Below are positions 27,097-35,871 of a stretch of 64,000 nt of DNA, piece after piece. Source of the stretch: Patescibacteria group bacterium. Lineage in GTDB: Bacteria; Patescibacteriota; JABMPQ01; JAHIRA01. Positions within the stretch are counted from its first letter, which is position 1. Each line of letters starts with the position of its first letter. The DNA lies in NCBI GenBank assembly GCA_018818205.1, contig JAHISJ010000023.1, forward strand, positions 10,600-74,599, read 5' to 3'. The notes below the pieces were generated by a model. That model did no database searches. It saw only the letters and a program-made list of their open reading frames with translations, and had not been told where the DNA came from. Both the position numbers and the translations under genes were made by a program.

Positions 27097-28308
27097 TTGT
27101 TTTATTTGATACTAATAATGAACAAAACACGCGAAACATTTGGAGAAATTCTAATTATTTTAAGCTCAGCTTTAGTAGGATTGTCTTTTCAAGAAAATAA
27201 AATCCTTGCCATCTTTTTTTTGATTGCATTGATTTTTGGTTTATATTTGAAGGTCTTTTATAACAAAATAAATACATGCTTAGCTTCTCTTCGAAGGAGA
27301 ACAGACAAATCAATTGTTGTTGGAATCTTGAATGAAATTGATTGGAGCGAATTTAGTAAATTTGGAAGAAGCTGGTCTCCTTATTCCTATGAAGATTGGA
27401 AGGAAGGATTTGAAAGAAGGAATACAATTGTAAAACCGATTAACAAAATAACAGCTTTTCGTCTTAATCGTTGTGATATAGTTTTAAATCCATATAGTGG
27501 CGTATACCCCGAAAGTGATGCAGAATCATTGGAGAGCTTACATCTATTTTTTGATTATGTCTCTCGTGGTGGTGTATTTGTGAACGTTGGTGATATTCCC
27601 GGATATTATGAATACAGCAAACCCCTATATAAACCATACAATTCAGTGCTTATGCAAAATGGAAGATACGAAGTTAATCATGCTCCGTTTGTAAATAATT
27701 TAAAGATTAGAGTCCATCTTGTGGGCGAGAACGATCAATTTATAGTGCCTAGAGATAGTAATGACTATGAAGTAGAGCGATATATTGTGGTAAAAGAGGG
27801 AAAAGAACAGCAGGATTGTATTAGTGAAAACTATATCCCATGGGGGGAAGGTTGTTATGAAAGAAAAAAATATGATTTAGGTGTAAAAGAATTTCCTGAA
27901 GGAGAATATTCTTCTTGTTTTAGAAAAAAATATGGAGAGGGTTCTTTTATTATTTCATTAATGCATATGGGAAAAGCAGAACAAAAAGATGATGAGGATG
28001 CCAAAGATAAGCATCCAAACAAAAGTGTAAAAAATATTCTTATTATAAATGCCATTAGGAGTGTTATATCAAAAGAAAAAAATTTCTTTGGTAGTATTTA
28101 TCGTTATATTAAAGGTAAGATTAGTATTATATTTAAACATATAGGTATAGTCTCATTTTTTGGCAAGATGGCTTTTTTAGTAGTGATTACATGGCTCATT
28201 ATAGTAACATTTGTATTATTTTATTTTAGGTTTTATCAGTGTCCATATCAAAAAAATGGCAAAGAAAACAATTATTATATTGATTCAGTCACAATCAAGA
28301 TCAGGTAA
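27097..28308 (+). CDS. hypothetical membrane protein (403 aa), very AT-rich codon usage (K/N/I/Y/F-rich). N- and C-terminal TM segments flank a Tyr/Glu-rich soluble domain.
   Basis: ORF. TM helices ILIILSSALVGL, AIFFLIALIFGLYL, FLVVITWLIIVTFVLFYF. No catalytic motif recognised. Confidence 0.45.
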   Translation: MFYLILIMNKTRETFGEILIILSSALVGLSFQENKILAIFFLIALIFGLYLKVFYNKINTCLASLRRRTDKSIVVGILNEIDWSEFSKFGRSWSPYSYEDWKEGFERRNTIVKPINKITAFRLNRCDIVLNPYSGVYPESDAESLESLHLFFDYVSRGGVFVNVGDIPGYYEYSKPLYKPYNSVLMQNGRYEVNHAPFVNNLKIRVHLVGENDQFIVPRDSNDYEVERYIVVKEGKEQQDCISENYIPWGEGCYERKKYDLGVKEFPEGEYSSCFRKKYGEGSFIISLMHMGKAEQKDDEDAKDKHPNKSVKNILIINAIRSVISKEKNFFGSIYRYIKGKISIIFKHIGIVSFFGKMAFLVVITWLIIVTFVLFYFRFYQCPYQKNGKENNYYIDSVTIKIR

Positions 28309-28321
28309 TTTTGATTTGAGA

Positions 28322-28350
28322 AGATGGATCCCCGCCTCCACAGGGATGAC
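28322..28350. repeat. right 29-bp terminal inverted repeat (AGATGGATCCCCGCCTCCACAGGGATGAC)
   Basis: Reverse complement equals the left repeat with one mismatch. Confidence 0.75.
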
Positions 28351-28476
28351 AAAAACAAAGACAATCATAAATGAATCGTACCCGACTGCATGGTCATTCC
28401 ATATTCACAATACAAAAAACCCTCCACGCATACATGCACGGAGGGGATCTCGTTTTTAGCATTAATCTGAAAAAAA

Positions 28477-30249
28477 TCAGAAGGTGTAGAAGACGTTTAA
28501 GGAAAAGTAGGTAAGTTTCAAAGTGGCAAGAGGATTAGGATTCTCCAGGCTATAGTAGGTGTACATGCCTGGTTTCCATTTGAGCGAAAACCCAAATGTG
28601 CTCGGTCTCATATCAAACTTCTCAGAAAGATACCATCCTCCTCGCAGTTCAACATAGATGCCGTGCAAGGAATGCCCCATGGCTTGTGTCACAGACAGAT
28701 TATAATATTTTACTGTCTTTGATATGCCATAAAGGTTAGTATGCCATCCCATTGCGGCAACAAAGAAGAAGTCTGATTTATGTCGTTTGCCACTAAGGTA
28801 AAAATCCATGCCAAAGAGAATGTGCAAATCGAACCCATTTGGATTAAACATATTCATTCCAACGGTCACTTCAAGCGATCCACCAATAGGAGCAATTTTT
28901 CCTTTAACCCGTGTTATTCCACCAATAGTAAGGGAAGATTTCCTGGAAATCTTTGCAAAGTCAGTTGTAAATCCAAGCGTGGGCCCAAACTGTACAATGA
29001 CATTGCGGCTGGATTTCTTTTTTGAAGTCACTTTTCTCCATGTCACTTTCTTTGTTAGTGGCCATGGTGGCGGGTATCTGTTATACAGCTTTTCAGCAAT
29101 TTTTCTACCAGTTGGAAGTGGGTTTTTAACGAATTTTTTTCTACCTACTTTACTTAAAAAGCTTTTAACATGGCTTACAACACCGCCTCCAAATACTTGA
29201 TGACTAAGGCCAAGTTTGTAAACTATTTTTTGGTAGTCCTCTCTTCTTCTTGGGTAGGTTCCTGAGAAGGAAATTCCACCAGACAAACCTGAATGCGATC
29301 CAGTTGAGCTGAGTGTGCGCCTAACCTCGATACCATATGAGGCACCAAATCTTTTATCTGGCACACAAGATATCAAAAGGAAAAGCGGTATGTTTTTCTT
29401 GGAACATTCCGTATAAAACTTTCGAACTTCTGGATTACTTTTGTCAAAGCGACTTTGGCTATCCGAAGTCGCACGTATAGAAAGAGTAGATTGTATTTTA
29501 ACAACTGCACCAAGATTAAGCGATTCTTTAAGTGAAACAACAATAGCATCTCGAACGAGCTTACAAAATCGTCCCTTCATCTCATATGTACCAATGCCAA
29601 TCAGCTTTGTCACAGTTCGTGCAGCAGGCTTCCAAGGCAATGGATACCGCTTACGCAGAATATCTGCAACTTTTTTTGGCCAGGTAGTATTATTCTTCTT
29701 CCAAAGCTGTGCACGATTACTTTTGGCATAATACGCATTAATCTTGTATTGAAGTGAATCACTTTCGAAGCCAACCCCATATAATTGTACAAGCTTTAAG
29801 TAAGGGTCGTTATAATTCAAAGAAAACGTAATACCGCCTCCATTGTACGCACGAAGCCCGGTATTATTTACAGGATGATAATTTTGAATAACTTGTACAA
29901 ATTCGTAGTAGAAATGAACTGTACTTTGGCTATAAGGGGTACATCCAAGTAACAAGAAAAGCTTAACTTTCTTTTTTATAGCTTCTTTGTGAAACTTCTT
30001 TACAACATTGGGAGCAATCTTGTTATAATCAGGCACCAAACTTTTTGTCGTGTGACTAAGCGTAAGGTATGAATTGAATCTCACTACCGATCCCTTTTTA
30101 AGCATCGCTTTAAGTGATTCAACAACCAAGTCGCGACTCAGTTTGCACAATGTGCCCTTCATCGCATAACCACCAACGCCAATAACGGCGCTTCCAAATA
30201 CATTCTGTGGCAGCAGCAAAAGCGCTACCAAAAACAACATTTTTCTCAC
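28477..30249 (-). CDS. secreted protein (590 aa): signal peptide, two tandem copies of a roughly 90-aa domain, and a C-terminal beta-rich region ending in aromatic Phe (OMP-like beta-signal)
   Basis: Signal peptide MRKMLFLVALLLLPQNVFGSA. Duplicated GxGxY-MKG-x-CKL-x-RD-x-VV-SLK...LFLL-x-C-x-P blocks. C-terminus ...LKLTYFSLNVFYTF. Confidence 0.45.
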   Translation of the reverse strand: MRKMLFLVALLLLPQNVFGSAVIGVGGYAMKGTLCKLSRDLVVESLKAMLKKGSVVRFNSYLTLSHTTKSLVPDYNKIAPNVVKKFHKEAIKKKVKLFLLLGCTPYSQSTVHFYYEFVQVIQNYHPVNNTGLRAYNGGGITFSLNYNDPYLKLVQLYGVGFESDSLQYKINAYYAKSNRAQLWKKNNTTWPKKVADILRKRYPLPWKPAARTVTKLIGIGTYEMKGRFCKLVRDAIVVSLKESLNLGAVVKIQSTLSIRATSDSQSRFDKSNPEVRKFYTECSKKNIPLFLLISCVPDKRFGASYGIEVRRTLSSTGSHSGLSGGISFSGTYPRRREDYQKIVYKLGLSHQVFGGGVVSHVKSFLSKVGRKKFVKNPLPTGRKIAEKLYNRYPPPWPLTKKVTWRKVTSKKKSSRNVIVQFGPTLGFTTDFAKISRKSSLTIGGITRVKGKIAPIGGSLEVTVGMNMFNPNGFDLHILFGMDFYLSGKRHKSDFFFVAAMGWHTNLYGISKTVKYYNLSVTQAMGHSLHGIYVELRGGWYLSEKFDMRPSTFGFSLKWKPGMYTYYSLENPNPLATLKLTYFSLNVFYTF

Positions 30250-30350
30250 AATTTCCTCCTTTTGTGAATGAAAAAAAGACCATAAGAATGCGTGTCACCA
30301 TAGCATAAAACCCAGACCACGTCAACCCAAAAAGGACAATATTATGATTC

Positions 30351-30380
30351 GTAGGGGCGTCCCTTGTGGACGCCCTCTAT
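30351..30380. repeat. GC-rich palindrome, copy 3 (GTAGGGGCGTCCC-TTGT-GGACGCCCTCTA), degenerate
   Basis: Shares core GTAGGGGCGyCCCTTGTGGrCGCCC with copies 1 and 2. Located upstream of the start of the minus-strand 590-aa gene and upstream of tuf. Confidence 0.65.
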
Positions 30381-30612
30381 CCACACCCTCAAAAAATCCA
30401 ATGTAAGGGAATAACAGGCAATCGTGTCTATTTTTTCTTTTATCCAAGCCAAAAAAAAGTATCTCCAAGCTCAAAAGGGTATACGGAAATAAAATACTTG
30501 CATGATTTACAAGAACTTGTTATACTCATGCCTAGTGTTACGCTAGGTTGATTCTAGCGGGACTTAATGTTCAACATAATTTTATCTATCAATAGTATTA
30601 AATCAAAAAAAT

Positions 30613-31803
30613 ATGGCAGAAAAATTCGAACGTACAAAACCCCATCTCAACGTGGGTACCATTGGACACGTTGATCATGGTAAAACTACACTGACTGCGG
30701 CAATCCTTAAAGTTATTGGTGCTTCAGGCGTTGGTAAAGCACAAGATAAAGATGTCAGTCAAATCGATAATGCTCCAGAAGAAAAAGAGCGTGGTATTAC
30801 TATTGCGACTTCTCACTGTGAGTATGAGACAGAGAAGAGACACTATGCACATGTTGACTGCCCAGGACATGCTGATTATGTCAAGAACATGATCACCGGT
30901 GCTGCTCAAATGGACGGTGCTATTTTAGTGGTATCTGCAGCTGATGGCCCTATGCCACAAACACGTGAACACATTCTACTTGCTAAACAAATTGGTGTTC
31001 CCTCAATTGTTGTTTTCTTAAATAAGGTTGATCAGGTTGATGATCCAGAGCTTATTGAGCTAGTTGAAGAAGAAGTACGTGATCTTCTTAAAAAATATGA
31101 ATTCCCAGGTGATGAAATTCCTATCATTAAAGGGTCAGCACTCAAAGCACTTGAGAATCCTTCAGGTGATGATGCAAAGCCTGTTTTAGAACTTCTTGAG
31201 GCACTTGATACCTACATTCCTGAGCCTGAGAGAGATATTGACAAGCCATTCCTTATGCCAATTGAGGACATCTTCTCAATAGAAGGTCGAGGTACAGTGG
31301 TAACCGGTAGAATTGATCGTGGTGTAGTTAACGTTAATGACGAGGTAGAAATTGTCGGTCTGCGCCCAACGCAAAAGACGATTGTTACCGGAATTGAGAT
31401 GTTCAACAAGTCACTCGATGAAGGTAAGGCTGGCGATAACGCTGGTATACTCGTTAGAGGTACTAAAAAAGAAGAAGTTGAGCGTGGACAAGTTCTTGCA
31501 AAGCCAGGGACAATCACTCCTCACTCTGAGTTTGAAGCAGAGGTGTATATTCTTACTAAAGAAGAAGGTGGTAGACATACTGCATTTGCAAAGGGTTACA
31601 AGCCGCAGTTTTACGTCAGAACAACAGACGTAACTGGTGAAGTTGAGCTTCCAGAAGGTACAGAAATGGTTATGCCAGGTGACACTGCAAATCTAAAGGT
31701 TAAGCTGGCAAAAGAAGTTGCCATGGAAGACGGTATGCGCTTTGCTATTCGTGAAGGTGGTAGAACCGTTGGTGCGGGAGTTGTTTTAAAGATCATTAAA
31801 TAA
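30613..31803 (+). CDS. tuf: translation elongation factor Tu
   Basis: [51 protein letters not shown]. Confidence 0.95.
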   Translation: MAEKFERTKPHLNVGTIGHVDHGKTTLTAAILKVIGASGVGKAQDKDVSQIDNAPEEKERGITIATSHCEYETEKRHYAHVDCPGHADYVKNMITGAAQMDGAILVVSAADGPMPQTREHILLAKQIGVPSIVVFLNKVDQVDDPELIELVEEEVRDLLKKYEFPGDEIPIIKGSALKALENPSGDDAKPVLELLEALDTYIPEPERDIDKPFLMPIEDIFSIEGRGTVVTGRIDRGVVNVNDEVEIVGLRPTQKTIVTGIEMFNKSLDEGKAGDNAGILVRGTKKEEVERGQVLAKPGTITPHSEFEAEVYILTKEEGGRHTAFAKGYKPQFYVRTTDVTGEVELPEGTEMVMPGDTANLKVKLAKEVAMEDGMRFAIREGGRTVGAGVVLKIIK

Positions 31804-31814
31804 TTAAACAATCA

Positions 31815-31852
31815 AAAGAGGAACGTAACGTACGTTCCTCTTTGATAGTTTT
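31815..31852 (+). terminator. intrinsic terminator/attenuator after tuf (AAAGAGGAACG-loop-CGTTCCTCTTT + T-rich)
   Basis: 11-bp perfect stem followed by GATAGTTTTT. Confidence 0.55.
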
Positions 31853-31863
31853 TGCAAACATAC

Positions 31864-32301
31864 ATGGTTAAAGCGAGTACTAAACAAGTGAAGAAAAAAG
31901 TGGAGAAGAAATCAGAGAAGAAATCTGATGCCAAAAAGGCCATTCGAGGCTCTGAGGAGCCTTCAGGCTCTCGAAAAGAGAAAAAGACTCCAGAAGAAAA
32001 GCAACGCATCAGAATAAAGATCAAAGCGTACGATCATAAGCTTATTGATCAATCTGCTGCACAAATTGTTGACACTGCAGAAAGAACAGGTGCACGAGTG
32101 TGTGGTCCTGTGCCGCTTCCGACAGAGAGACACAGAGAGACCGTTATCAGATCTCCCTTTGCTCATAAAGATTCGCGTGAACAGTATGAAATCCGCGTTC
32201 ACAAGCGTTTAGTAGACATTGTTGACTCTAATCAGAAGACAATCGAATCTTTAACAGAGCTAAATCTGCCAGCAGGGGTTGATATTGAAATAAAGATGTA
32301 G
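31864..32301 (+). CDS. rpsJ: 30S ribosomal protein S10 with an approximately 45-aa Lys-rich N-terminal extension. A TTG at 31852 is an alternative start.
   Basis: Core [54 protein letters not shown] matches the S10 fold. N-terminal [16 protein letters not shown] tail. Confidence 0.9.
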   Translation: MVKASTKQVKKKVEKKSEKKSDAKKAIRGSEEPSGSRKEKKTPEEKQRIRIKIKAYDHKLIDQSAAQIVDTAERTGARVCGPVPLPTERHRETVIRSPFAHKDSREQYEIRVHKRLVDIVDSNQKTIESLTELNLPAGVDIEIKM

Positions 32302-32381
32302 TATACTGCATTGTTACCCTGTTGAATCTGAATGCAGTAGTATCTGTACTTTCAGATTGGGTCGGGAGCTAAGAGTCCTCC

Positions 32382-32416
32382 GTAAGACTCATACATATAG
32401 GTCTTACTTTTTATTT
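32382..32416 (+). promoter_or_regulatory. terminator-like hairpin (GTAAGAC-12 nt-GTCTTAC + TTTTTATTT) inside the rpsJ-rplC spacer. Candidate attenuator.
   Basis: 7-bp stem plus U-run only about 20 nt upstream of the rplC ATG. Additional 9-bp stem at 32304-32339. Confidence 0.35.
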
Positions 32417-32437
32417 ACACTACCGTTGATTAATCAT

Positions 32438-33067
32438 ATGAAGGCGCTACTAGGTAAAAAAATTGGAATGTCACGAGTCTTTGACCAAAACGGCACCGCA
32501 GTGCCGGTGACGCTTGTTACGGCTGGTCCCTGCACAGTGACTGCCAGAAAGACAAATGATAAGGACGGCTATCTCGCAGTTCAGCTTGCGTATGGCTTAA
32601 AGAAGTCAAAAAAGGGAAAGAAAGAAAGTATCAAAGACTATGCATTTGTAAGAGAATGGAGAACAACACAGGTTGATGAAGCATACGAGCTTGGAAAAGA
32701 AGTCACCGCAGCAGTAATCAATAAAGGTGATCTTGTTACCGTAACCAGTACATCAAAAGGTAAAGGATTTATGGGTGTTGTTAAAAGATATGGGTTCAAG
32801 GGGTCACCAAAGACGCATGGTCACAAGCACGATTTAAGAAAACCGGGATCAATCGGGTGCGCGTTTCCTGAGCATGTTTTGAAGGGTAAAAAGATGGCAG
32901 GCCGGATGGGTGGTGGTACAGTAACAGTGCAAAATTTAGCGGTTATTGATGTAGATCCAGAAAAGAACCTGATAGCACTTAGTGGTTCAATACCAGGAGC
33001 CCGCAATACATATCTCAAACTTATTGTGACAAAGTCTTCAGAAGATAAAGAAGGTAAGAGTAAGTAA
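32438..33067 (+). CDS. rplC: 50S ribosomal protein L3. Start at the internal ATG; the ORF-track start at 32357 is unlikely.
   Basis: MKALLGKKIGMSRVFDQNGTAVPVT.., GKGFMGVVKRYGFKG.., HGHKH. Confidence 0.9.
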   Translation: MKALLGKKIGMSRVFDQNGTAVPVTLVTAGPCTVTARKTNDKDGYLAVQLAYGLKKSKKGKKESIKDYAFVREWRTTQVDEAYELGKEVTAAVINKGDLVTVTSTSKGKGFMGVVKRYGFKGSPKTHGHKHDLRKPGSIGCAFPEHVLKGKKMAGRMGGGTVTVQNLAVIDVDPEKNLIALSGSIPGARNTYLKLIVTKSSEDKEGKSK

Positions 33068-33708
33068 TGTCAAAAGTAACACTTTATAGTCAAGATGGAT
33101 CCAAGCAAAAAGAGGTAGAACTTCCTCCTGAGGTTTTTGAAGTTGCGGTAAAAGAAGAGCTTATCACCCGTGTATTAAATGCTTTTTTGGCAAACAGACG
33201 GGAAGCTATTGCACATACAAAAACACGTTCAGAAAGACGTGGTGGTGGTGCAAAGCCGTGGAAGCAAAAAGGGACCGGTCGTGCGCGTCACGGGTCAAAC
33301 CGTTCTCCGATTTGGAAAAAGGGTGGTGTTACGTTCGGACCAAGAAACGACAGAAATTTTTCAAAGAAGATCAACAAGAAGGAGAAGAAATCAGCATTAC
33401 TTATGACTTTTTCACTTAAGGCACAAGATAAGAACATTCGTGTTCTTGATGATATTAAGTTCGAAGCTGTTAAAACGAAGAAGATGGCAGAAATGCTTAA
33501 GGGGCTTGATCTTTCAGAAAAGAAATCGCTTATTGTTCTTCCTAAAAAAGATGATATAGTTGTAAAATCTGCACGAAACATTCCGATTGCTAAAGTGGCT
33601 ACCGTTGAAACAGTCAATCTGTATGACGTATTGAATGCAGAGGTGTGTGTAATGCCATATGAGTCATGCGCAAAGCTTAAAGAGCGTTTTATTAAGTCAG
33701 AAAAATAA
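33067..33708 (+). CDS. rplD: 50S ribosomal protein L4
   Basis: ERRGGGAKPWKQKGTGRARHGSNRSPIWKKGGVTFGP; position after L3. Confidence 0.9.
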   Translation: MSKVTLYSQDGSKQKEVELPPEVFEVAVKEELITRVLNAFLANRREAIAHTKTRSERRGGGAKPWKQKGTGRARHGSNRSPIWKKGGVTFGPRNDRNFSKKINKKEKKSALLMTFSLKAQDKNIRVLDDIKFEAVKTKKMAEMLKGLDLSEKKSLIVLPKKDDIVVKSARNIPIAKVATVETVNLYDVLNAEVCVMPYESCAKLKERFIKSEK

Positions 33709-33713
33709 GCATC

Positions 33714-34127
33714 ATGGGACTTCTAGATACCATTTCAAAAAAGGATAAGAAGACTGCAAAGCCTGTAAAAAAGGCTAAGAAGTCTGCGTCTAAAAAGGCT
33801 ACTTCTAAATCTTCAAAGAAGGTAAAGAAGGTACGTGTACACTCGAGTGCCAATCGAGTGCTTAATAAACCCTTAGTTTCAGAAAAAGCTGCATGTATGG
33901 AAACAGAGGGTAAATATGTATTCAGTGTTGCAAAAGATGCTTCAAAAAGCGATGTAAAGCGAGCAGTTAGTGCTCTTTACAATGTAACACCAGTTAAAGT
34001 AAACGTAGTAAACGTTCTGGGAAACAAGAGTAGAAGTGGACACAAAATGCGTAAATCGAGTACGTACAAGAAGGCGATTGTGACTCTTGCACAGGGTGAA
34101 AAGATTCAATTATACGAAGGAGTATAA
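33714..34127 (+). CDS. rplW: 50S ribosomal protein L23 with an approximately 45-aa Lys-rich N-terminal extension
   Basis: Core VLNKPLVSEKAACMETEGKYVFSVAKDASKSDVKRAV..LYNVTPVKVNV. N-terminal KKTAKPVKKAKKSASKK tail. Confidence 0.85.
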   Translation: MGLLDTISKKDKKTAKPVKKAKKSASKKATSKSSKKVKKVRVHSSANRVLNKPLVSEKAACMETEGKYVFSVAKDASKSDVKRAVSALYNVTPVKVNVVNVLGNKSRSGHKMRKSSTYKKAIVTLAQGEKIQLYEGV

Positions 34128-34131
34128 AGCT

Positions 34132-34977
34132 ATGCCAATTAAAACATACAAACCGACAACTCCTGCAAGACGGTATATGTCAAATACTGATTTTTCAGAA
34201 ATCGATAAAAAGAGGCCGGAAAAGAGTCTCGCAAGTAATATCAAGAAGAAGGCAGGAAGAAACAACACAGGGACTATCACAGTCAGAAGACGTGGCGGTG
34301 GATCAAAGAGACAGTATCGTGCAATTGATTTTAAAAGAACACGTTTTGATGAGAAAGCGACAGTTACTTCTATAGAATACGATCCAAACCGAACCTCCTT
34401 TATTATGCTTGTAGAATATCCAGACGGCACTAAGTCATATATTCTTGCACCAAAAGAGTTAGAAAAAGGTGCTACAGTGGTTTCGAGTGATAAGAAAATA
34501 GAGCCGGAAACAGGGAGCAGAATGCCCCTTAAATTTGTCCCGGATGGAAGTTTTGTATACAATATTGAACTGACGCCAAAGTGTGGTGGATGCATTGTGA
34601 GATCAGCAGGTGGGACAGCAACACTCATGGGTAAAGAAGGAGGCTTTGCACAACTCAAGTTGCCGTCAGGAGAAATCAGACTTGTTAAAGATGGTTGTGC
34701 AGCATCAATTGGGCAGCTCAGTAATGTTGTTCATGAGAAAACGGTCATTGGTAAAGCGGGACGTGTTAGACATATGAGAAAGCGTCCGTCAGTGCGTGGT
34801 AAAGCTATGAATCCGGTTGACCATCCACATGGTGGTGGTGAAGGACGTTCACCTATTGGCCTTACTCATCCTAAGACTAAATGGGGAAAACCAGCACTCG
34901 GTGTAAGGACAAGGAAAAAGAACAAGAAGTCAGGTAAGTATATTGTACGCGATAGACGAGCGAATAAGCGTAAATAG
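34132..34977 (+). CDS. rplB: 50S ribosomal protein L2. Start at ATG 34132; the ORF-track start at 34087 overlaps the rplW end.
   Basis: MPIKTYKPTTPARR, TVRRRGGGSKRQYR, MNPVDHPHGGGEGRS. Confidence 0.95.
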   Translation: MPIKTYKPTTPARRYMSNTDFSEIDKKRPEKSLASNIKKKAGRNNTGTITVRRRGGGSKRQYRAIDFKRTRFDEKATVTSIEYDPNRTSFIMLVEYPDGTKSYILAPKELEKGATVVSSDKKIEPETGSRMPLKFVPDGSFVYNIELTPKCGGCIVRSAGGTATLMGKEGGFAQLKLPSGEIRLVKDGCAASIGQLSNVVHEKTVIGKAGRVRHMRKRPSVRGKAMNPVDHPHGGGEGRSPIGLTHPKTKWGKPALGVRTRKKNKKSGKYIVRDRRANKRK

Positions 34978-35056
34978 CGAATAAAGTTGTTGACGGCCCT
35001 TTTTAAAAGGGGTATACTACCAAATTAATTGGATACTAATTTTTTGAAGAACGCTC

Positions 35057-35404
35057 ATGTCACGAAGTCTTAAAAAAGGGTTGTATGTAGATGAAAAGCT
35101 TTTGAAGAAAATTCAAAATCTTAGAGCAGGCGATAAAACCGTTATTAAAACCTGGGCACGTGCATCATCAATTGCACCGGAGATGGTTGGGTTTACTATT
35201 GGTGTTCATAACGGTAGAGATCATATTCCTGTATTTATATCCGAGGATATGGTCGGACATAAGCTTGGTGAATTCTCACCAACAAGAACGTTTAGAGGGC
35301 ACGGTGGTAGAAAAGCTAAAGAAGAGGCAATTGCTGCAGCAACAGCTGAGAAGGCAAAACAGGCACAGGCAGAAACAACACTTTCATCTGATAAAAAAGA
35401 GTAA
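35057..35404 (+). CDS. rpsS: 30S ribosomal protein S19 with an Ala/Lys-rich C-terminal extension
   Basis: [19 protein letters not shown].., [37 protein letters not shown]. Confidence 0.9.
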   Translation: MSRSLKKGLYVDEKLLKKIQNLRAGDKTVIKTWARASSIAPEMVGFTIGVHNGRDHIPVFISEDMVGHKLGEFSPTRTFRGHGGRKAKEEAIAAATAEKAKQAQAETTLSSDKKE

Positions 35405-35409
35405 ATAGT

Positions 35410-35859
35410 ATGGAATCCAGAGCAATATTAAGACATGCACGAGTAGCACCACGCAAGGCGAGATTAGTCGCAGATTTGGTGCGCGGAAAAGAAGTTGATG
35501 AAGCATTAAAGCAGCTTGCATTTTTGAATAAGAAGAGTGCGTATTTTTTTACAAAGCTGGTAAATTCCGCAGCAGCAAACGCGGTTCATAACCATGATTT
35601 AAACAGATCAAGTCTTAAAGTTTCAACAGTGCTTGTAAATGAAGGCCCAGTTTTCAAAAGGTGGCAGCCACGCGCATTTGGTCGTGCATTCCCGATTTTA
35701 AAGAAGACAAGTCATATTACTATAGGGTTAAGCGGGGAAAAAGTAAGAAAGAAAGTTGAGCAAGAGAAGGAAAAGAAAGCTGTAGAAGGCTCCCGAGGGG
35801 AAGGTACTACTGGAAAAGAAGCACAGAAGAAATCTGTTCGTTCTAAGAAAGATAATTAA
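35410..35859 (+). CDS. rplV: 50S ribosomal protein L22 with a Lys/Glu-rich C-terminal extension
   Basis: ARVAPRKARLVADLVRGKEVDEALKQLAF, GPVFKRWQPRAFGRAFPILKKTSHITI. Confidence 0.9.
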   Translation: MESRAILRHARVAPRKARLVADLVRGKEVDEALKQLAFLNKKSAYFFTKLVNSAAANAVHNHDLNRSSLKVSTVLVNEGPVFKRWQPRAFGRAFPILKKTSHITIGLSGEKVRKKVEQEKEKKAVEGSRGEGTTGKEAQKKSVRSKKDN

Positions 35860-35871
35860 TAAGGCGCAAAA

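Larger units (their letters stand above)
26968..28350 (+). mobile_element. 1.38-kb TIR-bounded cassette carrying one AT-rich membrane-protein gene (MITE/IS-remnant-like). No transposase present.
   Basis: 29-bp inverted repeats at both ends. Internal GC about 27-30 % versus about 40 % for neighbours, estimated by eye. Confidence 0.3.

Noticed and set aside
27097-28308. Transposase inside the TIR-bounded element
   Set aside because: The single ORF has TM helices at both ends and a Tyr/Lys/Glu-rich middle with no DDE, HUH, Y1 or serine-recombinase motifs. The element is therefore called a transposase-less cassette and not an IS.
32357-32437. N-terminal 27-aa extension of L3 from the ORF-track start
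   Set aside because: The extension overlaps the structured rpsJ-rplC spacer and terminator-like hairpin. The canonical L3 N-terminus MKALLGKKIGMSRVFD begins at ATG 32438.
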